Source: Lepidodermella squamata (lineage: Eukaryota; Animalia; Gastrotricha). From it: a stretch of 64,000 nucleotides of DNA. Every line of letters starts with the position of its first letter. The first letter of the stretch is position 1. The notes under the pieces are model-generated. The model did no database searches, had not been told where the DNA came from, and saw only the letters and a program-made list of their open reading frames with translations. The position numbers and the translations under genes are program-made. Of this stretch, positions 48,408 through 61,383 are shown piece after piece. Where the stretch lies: contig JBLDXI010000046.1 in NCBI GenBank assembly GCA_047495785.1, forward strand, positions 434,001-498,000, read 5' to 3'.

Positions 48408-50150
48408 TACCGTATTACCGCGCTTCCTACGACATGTCGATATATTTTTTTGCAACAACGACATGTCGATATAATTCAGATATATCGACACTGTCGAAAG
48501 GCGAGGTTTTTTTTCTTTAGCGGATGAATGAGTGAAGCCAACCTAATATCGACACTCGAGCACGTTGTCACCACGTGGCACGTCTACATTTTTTATATGT
48601 CAGTTTTGAGCTTGACAAAAATAACGCTGGTAATGATAAGAACTTGAGTAAGCAATAATGCCGTCATCTGAAGAGTGGTCATCAGACGATGTTCTCTCTG
48701 TATCCTCTTCCTCGTCATCATCATCATCGTCATCATCGTCGTCGTGTTCAAAGTCGCCACGTGATATAGCTACACCATCAGCTGAAATGGCGGCCTTTCG
48801 GTTCAATCCTGGGACCCCTACAACACCAACTGAGGTTCATAAAAGGAGCCGGCTTAACCGAACCTTAATGAAGAAGGAACAGGTACTAGCGCTCAACGGC
48901 TCTTCCGAGAAACTTATCCCGAGAAATCGCCGCAATCATTCAAGGCATCTAACGGTTGGTTATGGCGATTTAATTATCGTTTAGATGTGGCTAGTAGGCG
49001 AACAACGTCAGTTGGGCAAAAAGTACCCGATAACGCACCGATTCTTGCTCAAAATTTCATCGAATTTTGCAAGAATAATGGCCTTCACGCGACTGGTCGC
49101 CATTTGATAGGCAACATGGACGAAGTGCCGTGCTGGATGGATATGCCGTCTAGCCGCATAGACGATATAAAAGGCATCAAAGTCGTCCGTGCCCGTACGA
49201 CCGGGTACGAAAAACTCCGATATACGGCCGTTCTTGCTATTCTTGCTGATGGCACCAAATTACCACCCATGGTAATTTTCAAAGGCCTGAAAAAGGCGCC
49301 TAGAGGTACGTTATTTAGCTGGCGTGCGAGTGAGTAAACAAATAACACGCGTCACATGTTACGTAACTCAGTCGCGCTCGCCTCTCCCGCATGTATACAC
49401 TTAATACTTAATCCTCTTATCGCGCAGGTAATTTCAACAAGAATGTAGTGGTAGAGGCCAAGAAAAGTGGGTCAATGGACGCACCATTTATCAAAGTATG
49501 GCTCGACCACGTCTGGAACAAGCGGCCGCGCGGATCGGCTTTTTTCGACCAGACTTACAGTTGGCTAGTCTTCGACTCGGCTAGCTCGCACTGGCCGAAG
49601 AAAAAACAAGCGGCCCTGACGCTGAGTTGAAAAAAGCCGCACTAATAAGGTGGTCATCCCCGGCGGAATGACGCCTATTCTCGAGCCGCTGGACGTGGCT
49701 ATAAATCGTGCCTTCAAAGCCGCCCTCTCCAAATTGTGGAAAAATTGGCTTCGTAATGGCGAGCGGACTTACACCAAAACCGGCAAGCGCCAGCGAGCCT
49801 CATACGAGACCATCATCAACTGGGTGGCCGATGCCTAGTCTTCCATCAGCCCAGAGATGGTGCAATTGTCTTTTGACCAGTGCGGTATCACTTCCGACAA
49901 GCCCGTTCGCCTTCACACCCGGCTATTGTCAGTTTTGGGGATGGCCTCGGCTGAAGCCGTTGTTGAAGAAGAGCCGACTGGCATGTCCGACCACGAAACC
50001 GACGTTTCCCAGTCAGATGAGGACGAGGATGATGATGACGATAATTAAGGAGATGTTGAAGTGTGAAAAAGAGTAATAACAGGGTAGTATCGATATAACT
50101 CAGAAATAACGACAGTGTCGAAAAGCGAGGTTTTTTATTTTTTCCCTAAA
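48408..50150 (+). mobile_element. pogo/Tigger (DDE_1, POGK-like) transposon relic
   Basis: IGNMDEVP, TTGYEK.RYT.VL..ADGTKLPP..IFKG, LVFDS, IPGGMT..L.PLDVAINRAFK. Stops at about 49628 and 49836. Left end TACCGTATT; related subterminal motifs at about 48466 and 50090. Confidence 0.85.
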
Positions 50151-50899
50151 ATTTACAACAACGAATCCAAATAGCAATCCGTACAGTAACAAGATGCCAT
50201 CGATCCAGCAAACAGGTGAGTCTTTTTTCAAACAATTGCCTAACAACTTGCCGTCTCAAATATTAGGCCCGGATGCAACTAATTCCGGTCTTCGCCAACG
50301 ACGCCGAAATGTGCTTTCGTCACTTACAGATGAAGAAAGAGCCGCCGTTGCTACGCAAGCCGAAAGGACGCCGTTTACCGAGCGCCAAACTGAAAGTACC
50401 CCTACCCCTATATGTATCGGTATATTATTAGTTCATCAACAGTGTACCTCGAAACACTCCATTTTTCCTATATACGTTTTGAATCGTTCGAAATTTTCCA
50501 CTGCAGCATGAAAATTCTCAGCAATTTCCTGATGTAACCCAGGCCTATTCGTTGGTGTTCTGATGAAAGGGCTCGTCTCCTGAAATATGCCGCAAATGAT
50601 TATTACATCACACTTCGTAAATAGCTATTATTATTCGTAATGCCCATTTGATGTTGGGGGAATTCATAACTGCTATGTTGTTACATGTTGTAGTATGTTG
50701 TAGAGTTCGTTCATTAAAAAATTATCTTCTCTTTTACTTTGGCCTGGTATTTTATTAGTAATCCTCTTAAAATGTTCCAGTTGCTAATGTTCCAGTTTCA
50801 TAAAATACAGCTTGGAACTCCACATAAAGCCACGAAATCAGAAGAAAAATGATCGCCAAATCGTAAATTATCGATGAGATTTCTCAGCAATTATAAAAA

Positions 50900-51500
50900 T
50901 AAGTAATAAGCTACCCGCTCAAAAATCGCCGATCAAACCTGCGAAAAATGCTACTCAGATATTCAACATGATTCAGTTTTAAACAAATTCTATCAATTTT
51001 CAAAGTCTGAATAAAAATGCAGCCTTGGCGGGATTATGCAATGTATTATGATCATGAGCTCGTTCTGGCCAGTATTATCGATTGGCGTGAAAATTTATTT
51101 ATGAATGGCGGTGACCGTATGTCTGCTGAGAAGGCGAGTTTCTGCCTCATCGCATATTGCATTATCGCGGCGCTGCCATTGCTTCCATGAACATATCAAT
51201 TTCTGACAGGAAAGCCTGCATATGGCAAGGGAGTGCGCTACCTAAGGCCTTTTTCCATGGAACACCCGGAAAAAACATTCGTTGCTCATCTTGCATAAAA
51301 ACTGGAACGCACACCTGTTGAACAAGAAAACGTACTGATTGCTCGCATCTTTTGCGAAATATTAGACAATATGCTTCTGTTTCAAATAATGCTTCTGCTG
51401 CCCGGGAAAAAAAGTTACGCCGCTCGCAAACATATGAATAACTACGCGGCTGCCAGGCAAAATTAGGGCAAAAGTAGCGGCAAGATCTTCATCCACTTCT
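50900..51500. repeat. Diverged duplicate of 42540-43330 (upstream region shared by members C and D)
   Basis: Colinear blocks, e.g. CCGCTCAAAAATCGCC, GCCTCATCGCAT.TTGCATTATCGCGGCG, GCTTCTGCTGCCCGGGAAAAAA. Confidence 0.8.
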
Positions 51501-51956
51501 TCTATCGTTTTCCATACTTCGTCACGATCACTAAGGCCTTCTCCTAGTCCATAAAAGTAATCAAGAATAATTGATCAACGAACAGATTTTTATTGTGTCC
51601 TTTCTCCAAAACAATTAATTATGTCTGAAGAAAATGGAGGGGAAGAAAGGTTCTGCGACCGAGGGTATTACTTCCACCCAGCCGGAGCAGTAGGTGTTAA
51701 GAGCTCTGCTCAGTTATACAGTATACACACGCGCCGTGACTTGGAGGCGCCCACTGACCTTCAGAGAACGGACAGCGCACGCTTAGCCACTAGGCCACGT
51801 GCTCCCCCTTGTAATACTTGTAATAACTATTAGTAGCCCGAGTTGGCTTTGAAGAAATCGACATCTGACTGACATCTGACAATTCTAGCTGAAAAGCATT
51901 CTGCAGTACTGTAATCTATAAACTCTATATACTCTTCGATTGAGCTTACAAGCAGC

Positions 51957-54900
51957 ATGATATCGAGCATTATTCTGGTGAGATGTTTTGAAAAAGTAAT
52001 TCATATATTTGTTTTATATTTCCTCTCTGAAAAACAGATGTTGTCCCTTGCATCGAGCGCAATTGGGCAACCCATGGGGATAAGTAAGCCTCACGAGGGA
52101 TGTAGTTTATTTTTGGATATGTCTTTTGGATTTTTTGATGGATTAATATTTACTTATATTAATATTAATTGTTAGATTGCACGGATGCCTCGGTGCAATG
52201 CCCACAGTATCAAAGATGCGAATCATTTTCAACTTTTGTAAGAAACATTGTGGAACTATAAAATCGTTGAGCTTCAGCAAGCGCGCTGATTGGTCAACGG
52301 TCGTTACATTTTGGCCATGCAATCGACTAATGAATTAATTGAAAAATGGCATCGCCAAATTAATTGCATGGTATCCAATGACTAGACCCCGCATGATAAT
52401 CTTGGCTAAACTGCAGCAAAACAAAAACTTGTAGCAACATTTAATGGATCGCACGACCGACATGTTTCATGCCAGTCGTTGAAACGACCGATTGACTAAT
52501 CAGCGTGTGCCAGAGAAATGGCATTGGTTCCATAATGAACGCAAAATGTCTGCTTTTCTACTTGAGACTTATCAAATCTAGGACCCACCGTGCAAGTCGA
52601 AAGCTTGCGTTTGTGAGGACTGTACTAAGCGAAAAGGTTTCCCTCACTCATTTGACAGGTGTCGTCCGGGTATGTTTTTCCCACGCCCCACAGCATCGGA
52701 AAAATAACCATTTCTTTTATCTCAGTCACTTACATCAATTCCTTAGACGACTCCTGCATCCCCGATAGTCCTGATGCTGTTCTAACCGTTACAGTACCCA
52801 ACGCGAACTGTAATGAACAGAACAAACCCGAGTGCATCTTCGACAGGCAAGGAAATGGCTGCGACGCTGGGACACGATGCGGCAATGGAACTGATGGTTT
52901 TTGCGATGGTTACAACCGCGAATGCGTGCAAGATTGGTGCGTTTGCGTGGAGGAGAACGAGGTTTTCGACTACAACTACGGCGGTTGCGGTGCACGTCTC
53001 ATCGGCGATTCATGCTCAAAGGATTCGGAATGCGCTGTTATGCCCCAATATGGCAAGAAGAACTACTTGGTCTGCCGCAGTGGCAAATGCGCCTGCGATA
53101 TCGAGGTTTCTGTTGAAACTGAGTACCGTGAATACAATGAAGAGCGGAACAGCTTCGATGTCAAACGTGCTTGTTTGCATAAGAATGCCACGATTAACCT
53201 AAAACAGGGCGAGGAGTGTGACCTTCCCGAGAACAGCCGGGAATGGAGATGGATGGGCGGCAAATGGGAATGGAACTGGCAAGAAGGCACGGTTCGCGTT
53301 TGCGAGAAATCACTTATTTGCCTCGCTTGCATCGAAGATGGCGACGTAGGCTTGTGCCGTGAGTTTTGAGGTTGCTTTTCTAAGTCTATTTAACCCTGGG
53401 TGGTTTATTTACTTTTTTTATGTTTTTGCTGCGTTGGTTATATCGTTAGCGACGTTGAATAACTCGGATTTAGGCTTGTTTACAGCATTTTCGAAGCGAC
53501 GGGTGACAAATAAAATGCGGTGTTTTTAGCGTGAATGAAGAGGCAAAACAAAAGACTGTTTCCTTGTCACCTCGCACTTTGAAACGATGTAAACAAGTCT
53601 AAATCCGACTTACTCAAGGTCGCTAACGATATGGTTGTTAAATCATAAATAAATACCGGGTGAAAACAATCAAAAACCACTCTGTGAAAACTGCAGTAAA
53701 CACCATGAACAGCTCTGAGTTAACAGTACCATTAACAGGCAAGTTCAATGGACCCATTGGAATGACGGCTGAACAATGCGGGCGTAAAACATTCGTCTAT
53801 TCCGGTCCGAAGTCCTCGGAGAGTGCTCCATTCAAGAGCTTTTCCAGGCAACGCCTGATCACAAGTGAGAACACAGTGATGCAATGTATAATTTCGTTAA
53901 TAAAATTGTCTATTAATTAATAGATTGCACAGATGCCTCGGTGAAATGCCCACAAAATCAAAGATGCGAATCCTTCTCCACTTTTGTAAGGAAGTTCGCT
54001 TCGCGAATTACCTGCTTCTCTATTCACAACCCTAAATAATCTAGGACCCACCGTGCACGTCGAAAGCTTGTGTTTGTAACGACTGCGCTCTGCGACCATT
54101 GGAATATGGCGATGAATGTGTTCCAAGTTTGTTTTTCTCTTTATAAAACCGTAGAATTTTTCATTTCTTCACCATGCAGCTACTTACATCAACTCCTTAA
54201 ACTCTACCTGCACATCCACCCCTGGCGAGGTTGTAACCATACCCGGCGCGGCCTGTCATTCACCATCGAACAAAACCCAGTGCCTTAATGGCACACAGGG
54301 CAATGGTTGTAATACTGTGGCAAGATGCTCATCTGACGAAGATTGTTCTGGCAACGAACGCATTTGCAAGCAGGGATGGTGCGTTTGCAAGTTTAAGTAC
54401 CAGGTTTTCGACTACAACACCGGCAGGTGCGTCGAATGACAAATCGGCGATCCGTGTTCAAAAGACACCGACTGCACTATTGAGTACAATCTCAGCACTT
54501 TCTTGGTCTGCCGCAGTGGCAAATGCGTCTGTGAGAAGTATTCTGTTGAAACCGAGTTCCTTGAATACAATCAGGAGTGGAATAGCTTCGAGGTCAAGCG
54601 GGCTTGTATTAGTGAGGAGTCCACGTTTAACTTGGAACAGGGCGAGAAGTGCGACGTTCTGTTAAACGGCCGGAAGTGGAACTTGAAGTGGAGACCGGAG
54701 TGGGGTCTTAGCCGGTACTTGGAGCCCTATGAGGACAGCAAGATTCGCCTTTGCAAAAAATCACTGATTTGCTTCGCTTGCATAGAAGATGGCGACACGG
54801 GATTGTGCCGTGAGTTTTGACGTGGCTTTTCAATGTGAATTTGACTGTACCATTAATAATAGGCAAGTTCAATGGAACCATTGGAAAGTCGGCTGAACAA

Positions 54901-55089
54901 TGCGGCCGTAAAGAATTCGTCTATTCTGGCCCGAATCCCTTAGAAAGCGCTCCGACCAAGTCAATTTCTAGGCAACGCCACCTGACAAGTAAGCACAAAG
55001 ATACCATTGCCGGAAAGAACGGCGTGACTTCGGCCGTGTCCTCCGCCACAATCCTGGCTGCTGTCTTGCTCGTCGTTTCAGCTTTGTAG
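51957..55089 (+). pseudogene. Cys-rich family member D, two modules, premature stop in module 2
   Basis: Colinear with member C. TGA at 54437-54439 where member E has CGA (GRCVE-R-QIGD); the rest of the frame and the splice sites are intact. Confidence 0.75.
53440..53632. mobile_element. Small MITE in an intron of member D
   Basis: TIRs ATATCGTTAGCGAC..GTCGCTAACGATAT; absent at the matching position of member C (about 45820). Confidence 0.75.
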
Positions 55090-55339
55090 TAGCTGAATTA
55101 ATTGATCCGGCGTATTTATCTGAGGCTGACTGATAGCGACAATGCTTTCGAAATGCTGAGCTTTGAAAAAATCTTATTGACATATCTCATTCACGTATTG
55201 CCGGTACTAAATGTTGAAACATTTGTAAAATGTAATTTTCAAGGTTGAAAGTTTCATATTTTAATGAATGCTTCTGCTTATGTTGCGGCCGAGATATGCA
55301 ATCGCGCTCAACTGAGCTCTCTGAAACCAAACGAAGCGA

Positions 55340-55420
55340 AAGCAAACGATGTTCAGGTCATGACGTGGAACGATGATACTGACGTTTTCGAGACCTAGTC
55401 GATTTGTTTGAATAAGGCGT
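55340..55420 (+). pseudogene. Fragment of a member-B-like exon
   Basis: GTTCAGGTCATGACGTGGAACGATGATACTGACGTTTTCGAGACC..TCGATTTGTTTGAATAAG matches about 41105-41170 and contains a stop. Confidence 0.7.
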
Positions 55421-57027
55421 ATAATTTTGCATTTTGGGAACGATATCTGCTCACATCCGACAATCCGGCCCAAATTATCTCATGATTTCTCGACTTACGG
55501 TCCTGATTGTCGCAACAGGGTTTACATTGATTTCCGGCTTGACGTTATAGAAGTTGGTAATCGAAACCGGTGGATTTGATTATGTGGTCAAGAGGCCCGC
55601 GGCACTACGGTTACTCGCATGAGCAAATTCTTCAGCTCTAAATTTTGCCACAGTCGGGCTTTCTGAAAAATTGAGCCTTTTCAATGATCCATTTATTCAT
55701 TCATTCAGTAATTCATTGCATTTTAATTAACGGCAATGGAGATTGAGAGCGTGATTTCAGATGGCTCCATAATGATTTTAAAATCGGCTAAAAATTCTGG
55801 AAAATTAAATTGTGACACATTTTTGAGTCGGAGCAGCTGCACATATATGTGCAACTGTTAGGCCATTGACATCATAATCGAATTCCATCGGGTTTACTAG
55901 CTTCCAGCCACGATAGGTAATGATTTTTGTTTAGAAGAAATGCAGGCTGTGAGCTATGAGTGAGATGAGTCACAATCCAAAAAGAGAGGTACTAAATTGG
56001 GGTTTAGCTTTCTTTACTTAATAGGACAAAACCAGGAGAAAACAACTCCTCTAAAATAGAAAAGTAGGGCGTAATGCGTTTTCTCCATCTCCACTGAAGA
56101 GTACCTAGGTGCAAAAGGTTATTTTACGCCATTCGCTTCTATTTTAGGCGAGTCGCAACACGCAATACATATTTACCATTGCGCATACGCATGTTGTATT
56201 ATGACAGCTATGATTTTAGCACTTTTCTTTTTCTGTGTCCCAAGTGCCTTCAATACCGTGAGAGTACAAATCCTACACTTGACAACTCCTAAGAATGATT
56301 GATAATATCGAGGGATTACGGAATCGCAAACAATTATTAAGAAAGCGATTAATTTGTTGGGAGTTGCAAGATTCAATTTCGGTCACTTGTGTGTCGCTGC
56401 CACTGAGTGGTAAAGGAAATCAGTTATTTACTCAGAAAATAAGATTTTTTCGTTTAAGGAATTTTTTTCGAGGTAAGGAATTTTTGAAATAGAGACAAAG
56501 CAGGTATTTGGCCCACCTTAAATATTCGAAAAATGTTGATAAAAATTCCCACCGACTATGGTTAATGGTTAAATTCTGACATAATGTTAATAAAAAAATG
56601 TTGATAAGCCGCTCAGTCCAAGGTCGTGCCGGGGTGAAAAAACGCCATCTTTGGCTAAAAGCGTTGTTATATATCTCATTTGTCATTTTTTACTGCTTCG
56701 TGAATCTGTAATAATATATAAGCTCGCTCACACACCGCCAGAATGCGTGTTTTTTTTTACTAAGGCATAAAAAAACTAAAAATGCGCCGGCCGGGCGGTG
56801 GAATGATATGGAAAGATATTCGGGTAGGATGATGATGCAGGTGTGAGGCGTACATAAAACAAATTATATAACCGGCGAGCATGCACCGAGGCAGTTGAAC
56901 TTAACGCGCAAGAATGTCATACCGCAGTTAAAGACTATAAAATTGCCTTTTTGTAGAAGAAAGCCAGTCTTGCTTTATACACGCCGAAGATTTATTTCTT
57001 CTAGATTTCTTCTATTCAGCATTCAGC

Positions 57028-58266
57028 ATGCTAACAAGAATCATTTTGGTGAGACTTTTCAACAAAATTGAATATTTTTCTTATTTCCTTCCTGAAAATC
57101 AGACGTTGTGTCTTGCATCGAGCGCATTGGGGCAAAAACTTTCTACAAGTAAGCCCCGCGATGCTTTATAGAGTTGCGTTGACATCATTCTTTAATTGAT
57201 AGATTGCACAGATGCCTCGGTGAAATGCCCAGATAATCAAAGATGCGAGGCCTTCTCCACTTTTGTAAGAAATTTCGCTTTGCAGGCAATTCGCTTTTCT
57301 ATTCAAAAACTTAATTCTAGGACCCACCATGCAAGTCGAAGGCTTGCGTTTGTAACGACTGCGCTGTTCGAGGTGAATATGGCGATGATTGTGTCCCGAG
57401 TATGTTTTTTCTTTCGCTAGATAGATTCGCAGAATTTCTCATTCCTTTCATCTTAGCTACCTACGTCAATGCCCTAGGCGCAGCCTGCAATACGCCTGGT
57501 GCTGTTATAACCATACCCGCCGCAGATTGTGATAAGCCAGCGAACAAAGCCCGATGCCTTCTTAGTACCCAGGGCAATGGCTGTGATGCCGGGACGAAAT
57601 GCTCATCCAACGATCAGTGTGCTGGCTACGACCGCACTTGCGAGCAAGGTTGGTGCGTTTGCAGGGAGAAGTTCCAGGTTTTCGACTACAACACCGGCAG
57701 GTGCGTCGAACGACAAATCGGCGATTCGTGCTCGAACGACACCGACTGCGCTATCACACGCGATAAGAAGAACTACTTGGTCTGCCGTAGTGGCAAATGC
57801 GCCTGTGATACGGCCGCTGGTGTTGAAACCGAGTACCGTGAATATAATCAGCTGTGGAATACCTTCGATGTTAAGCGTGCTTGTTTGAACAAAAAGGCCA
57901 CGGTTAACGTGAAACAGGGAGAACGATGTGACCCAGTCGTCACCAACATCAACTATGAAACAGCTAAGGTTTGCGAAAAATCACTGGTCTGCTTCGCCTG
58001 CATGGAAGATAGCGGGCTGTGCCGTGAGTTTTTAAGGATGCTCTTTGAAATCTGAAGTTATCTCGATTCTTCCAGGCAAGTTCAACGGACCTATTGGAAA
58101 GTCGGCTGATCAATGCGGGCGACAAAAGTTCGTGTATTCAGGTCAAAAGCCGTTGGATGATGCTCCGATCAAGACTGCCTCGGGCAAGAGCGGTGCGACT
58201 GTCATCGCATCCTCGGTCTCGGCGCCAATCCTTGCTGCTTTCTTGCTCATTGTTTCGGCTTATTAA
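57028..58266 (+). CDS. Cys-rich family member E, single module
   Basis: Six exons: MLTRIIL / TLCLASSALG.. / CTDASVKCPDNQRCE / DPPCKSKACVC / large exon / KFNGP..CGRQKFVYSG..ILAAFLLIVSAY. Confidence 0.85.
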
Positions 58267-61200
58267 AAACTTTATTGGTTTCCAAAGCATCAGATGTCAG
58301 AAGAATATGACGATGCTTTCAGGATTGCAATTCCCCAGCTTTACACATTACCGACTGAAATAACTCATCTGATAAATAAAAAAGTTATTTTTGAGTTCAA
58401 CGTTAACTGGATTAGAAGGGCGCGAAGGCCTCAACCGTTCTGCAACACCTGAGATGCGATTTCAAACAACACGCTCAACCTTTCATTATTCTTGACTGTT
58501 ATCAGGTTTTTGGGCATGCCCGCACTATACGAGCGTGATATCTGCTCATTCAGGAATACCCGGTCCGTTTTTGCTAATAGGGACAACCCGTTATAGATGT
58601 AGGTGAATCAAGGCCGGCGGATTCAATTATATGTGGTCAAGGGTCAAGGGACCCAACAGTTGCGCGTATGGGTGGATGTGAGCTACTCCAAAATTGCCAA
58701 CATTCGATGGTAGTGACACCAGAAATGCGTCTCATGGTTTAATCCAACAAAAGAGCGCAGCCTACCGAAATGAGTCGTGTTAAAAGCGTTTGTTAATATC
58801 ATCTATCCATTTCACTTACGTCATATAATTAACAAAAAACATCAGTGAAGTAAAAAGACGAGAAATTAAACAAACAATTCAAGTCGAAGGGCGAAAATGA
58901 AGTGGCGAAAAATGGCAAGTTCAAGCTATGTGATTCATAGGAGCTTTTTTGTTAGCTCTTTGAGACGAATGGCTGACGAGATTTTTTACTTCGCCGCCAA
59001 AACACGCCAAAGTTTTTCCCATTTTTTAATGCGAGGACCGGGGCATTTAGTCAGGGGTCAAATCGTAGCGAATACTAGAATAGTAGAGAAGAATTCCGCA
59101 ATTTTTGACAATTTCGGTTGCAAATATCCGACATAGCCGGTCGAATTTGTTGCCATTTAATCAGCGGATGTACCTGAAATTAAATGAGAATATATATCAA
59201 TTACTAGCTACAAAATCGGAGATCGGGTTAATTCGATTCTTAGCTTGTAAGCTTTTCTTAATAATCCGAGAAATTTCCAAAAAATTATAATAAATTTTAG
59301 AATTATGAATTTAAATATTTGAGGAATTTTTCCCATGAAAACGAGCGATATCAGCACATTTCGAAATTTTGAAACGATAAGACCTGGTTTTTTTCGTAAG
59401 ATGTAAACTTCTGCTTTCTTCAGTTACCTAAAAAGCGCGATTTTTTCCCGCGACCTCGAACGGCTAGTAGCCCATGTTTCCGTGCAGCTTCGGTACAGCG
59501 CACCGACATGCACTAGGCGCTGTTTACGAGTTGCGTCATGCAAAGTGACAATCTCCAGTATACATTGCTTTCCGCAGTATCACGTCTGGGACCAATAAGC
59601 TACGGCTAGTACTGAACGCTAGTACCGCTCCGGCTACCTAGGTTACAATAGTAATTATCTGAAATAATCAATATTTAAAATCAAGTAGCATATATATGGC
59701 GAGAAAGCAACACATCTACTTCTTCTTCAAGCCCCATAGGGCACATCCAATGCCACCAAAAGTTTGTTATTTTTGCGAGTTTTCTGAGCTGCGAACTGTC
59801 GTGAAGGTGGGCCAGATGAACTGCCATCTGCCCATTCATCTGGCTGTCGTTTAAGGCAGAGAGCGAATCTCTACCAGTTACATCGGTCCATACGGTGAGG
59901 TCGGTCAAGGACCACAGGGGATTTCGCGGTCCTACTTCGCTCTTTGTTTTAATCCTTTCTTGGCCGAATTATTTATCTCCGGTAGAAAAACTGTTTTAGG
60001 GTCGAGGGGTTATAGGGGTCCCTGATCGCGATTTTGAAACCCGCTTCTCTCTATCCATCACCGTAAAGGCTGTTCAAAAAGTGATCGAAATCGCCCTATT
60101 GGCCCAGCTGATTTCAGCACATTTTTCAAACACCCTAGTTTCAGCTAGTTTCAATTTTCAAGTTCTAAGCCTCTCCTTCAACACTCCTTGACAATCTTCC
60201 TTTTTTATTTCGAGGAACAAATTAGTTAAAACCAGTTTTCAAAGTCAGAATTTTTATCAGTTTTCAGCAAAGTCAGCTTTTTCACACACTATGGCGGACA
60301 CGATATCATTTTTAGTTTGATCAATAAAAGATGAGAAACCACCGTAATGTCGAAATTTCAATCTCAGGTAGACTATTTTAAAACAGCTACAATGTGCTGA
60401 CCATGCCAAATAACGGCGCGTTCGTTTGAAATTCTTATAGTTAACATCGAAAAGTCGTATTCCTTAAACGGGTGATGAACAATTCATCAAATTAAAATTA
60501 CTGCAGATTTTCAAAGTCTAAATTCCAAAATCGCCCTTATGTATACGGCCATGAAAGGTTGAAGACGATCACAACTTCCACGACCATTAAAATTTGCAAG
60601 ATTGAGCGTTCTCTTCAAGAATTGCTATTCCGAGTAGGGAAACAAATAATTGAAATCAAATGTGGAGGCTTAGTTTGAATTTTACGTTGCAAAAAAAATT
60701 ATGAATGAATTTTAGAAGAATAATTAGGTCAGCTCAAGGCGCAGGATAGCAATTATCAAGATTTTCAAACCGAATTACTTCTCGGGAGTCGTAAAAATGA
60801 ATTTCGGTCGCTGTCTTTAGGTGTTAAAGGAAATTACTCGTTTGTTTAGGAAAGATATTTTTCGTCTACAGAAGTTTTTCCAAGGTTAAGATTTTGTACA
60901 GTTTGTAAAGAAAAATTCGAAAAATTGTTTTTAAAAAATATGGTATCGGCGTTCTATGAAATAATGTTTTTTGCAAACTGTTGATAAGCCGTTACTTAAT
61001 GGCAAAAAAAAAACTTTGATATACATCTCATTTGTCATTTTTTACTGCTCCGTGAATCTGTAATAATATATATGTTCGCTCACACACCGTAGAATGCGTG
61101 TTTTTTACTTAAGAAGGCATAAAAAAATAACAGAAAATGCGCCGGCCGGTGGAATGATGTGGAAAGATATTCGGGCGTGATGATGATACAGGTGTGAGGC

Positions 61201-61383
61201 GTACAACAACTTATATAACTGGCGAGCATGCACCGGGGCAGTTGAACTCTTCGTGCAAGAATGTCATAATGCCGCTACTATAAAATTGCTTTATTTGCTG
61301 TAGTACGACAGTCTTGCTTTTTACACGCCGAAGATTTATTTCTTCAACAATTTACGTTTTCGACTTTTCTTTAGCCAAGCAAC

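Noticed and set aside
48600-48806. Poly-Asp ORF on the minus strand
   Set aside because: Antisense reading of the TCA/TCG Ser-rich tract of the pogo relic.
58400-60900. Short ORFs and repeat-like patches between members E and F
   Set aside because: No recognisable motifs, splice-consistent exon chain or termini.
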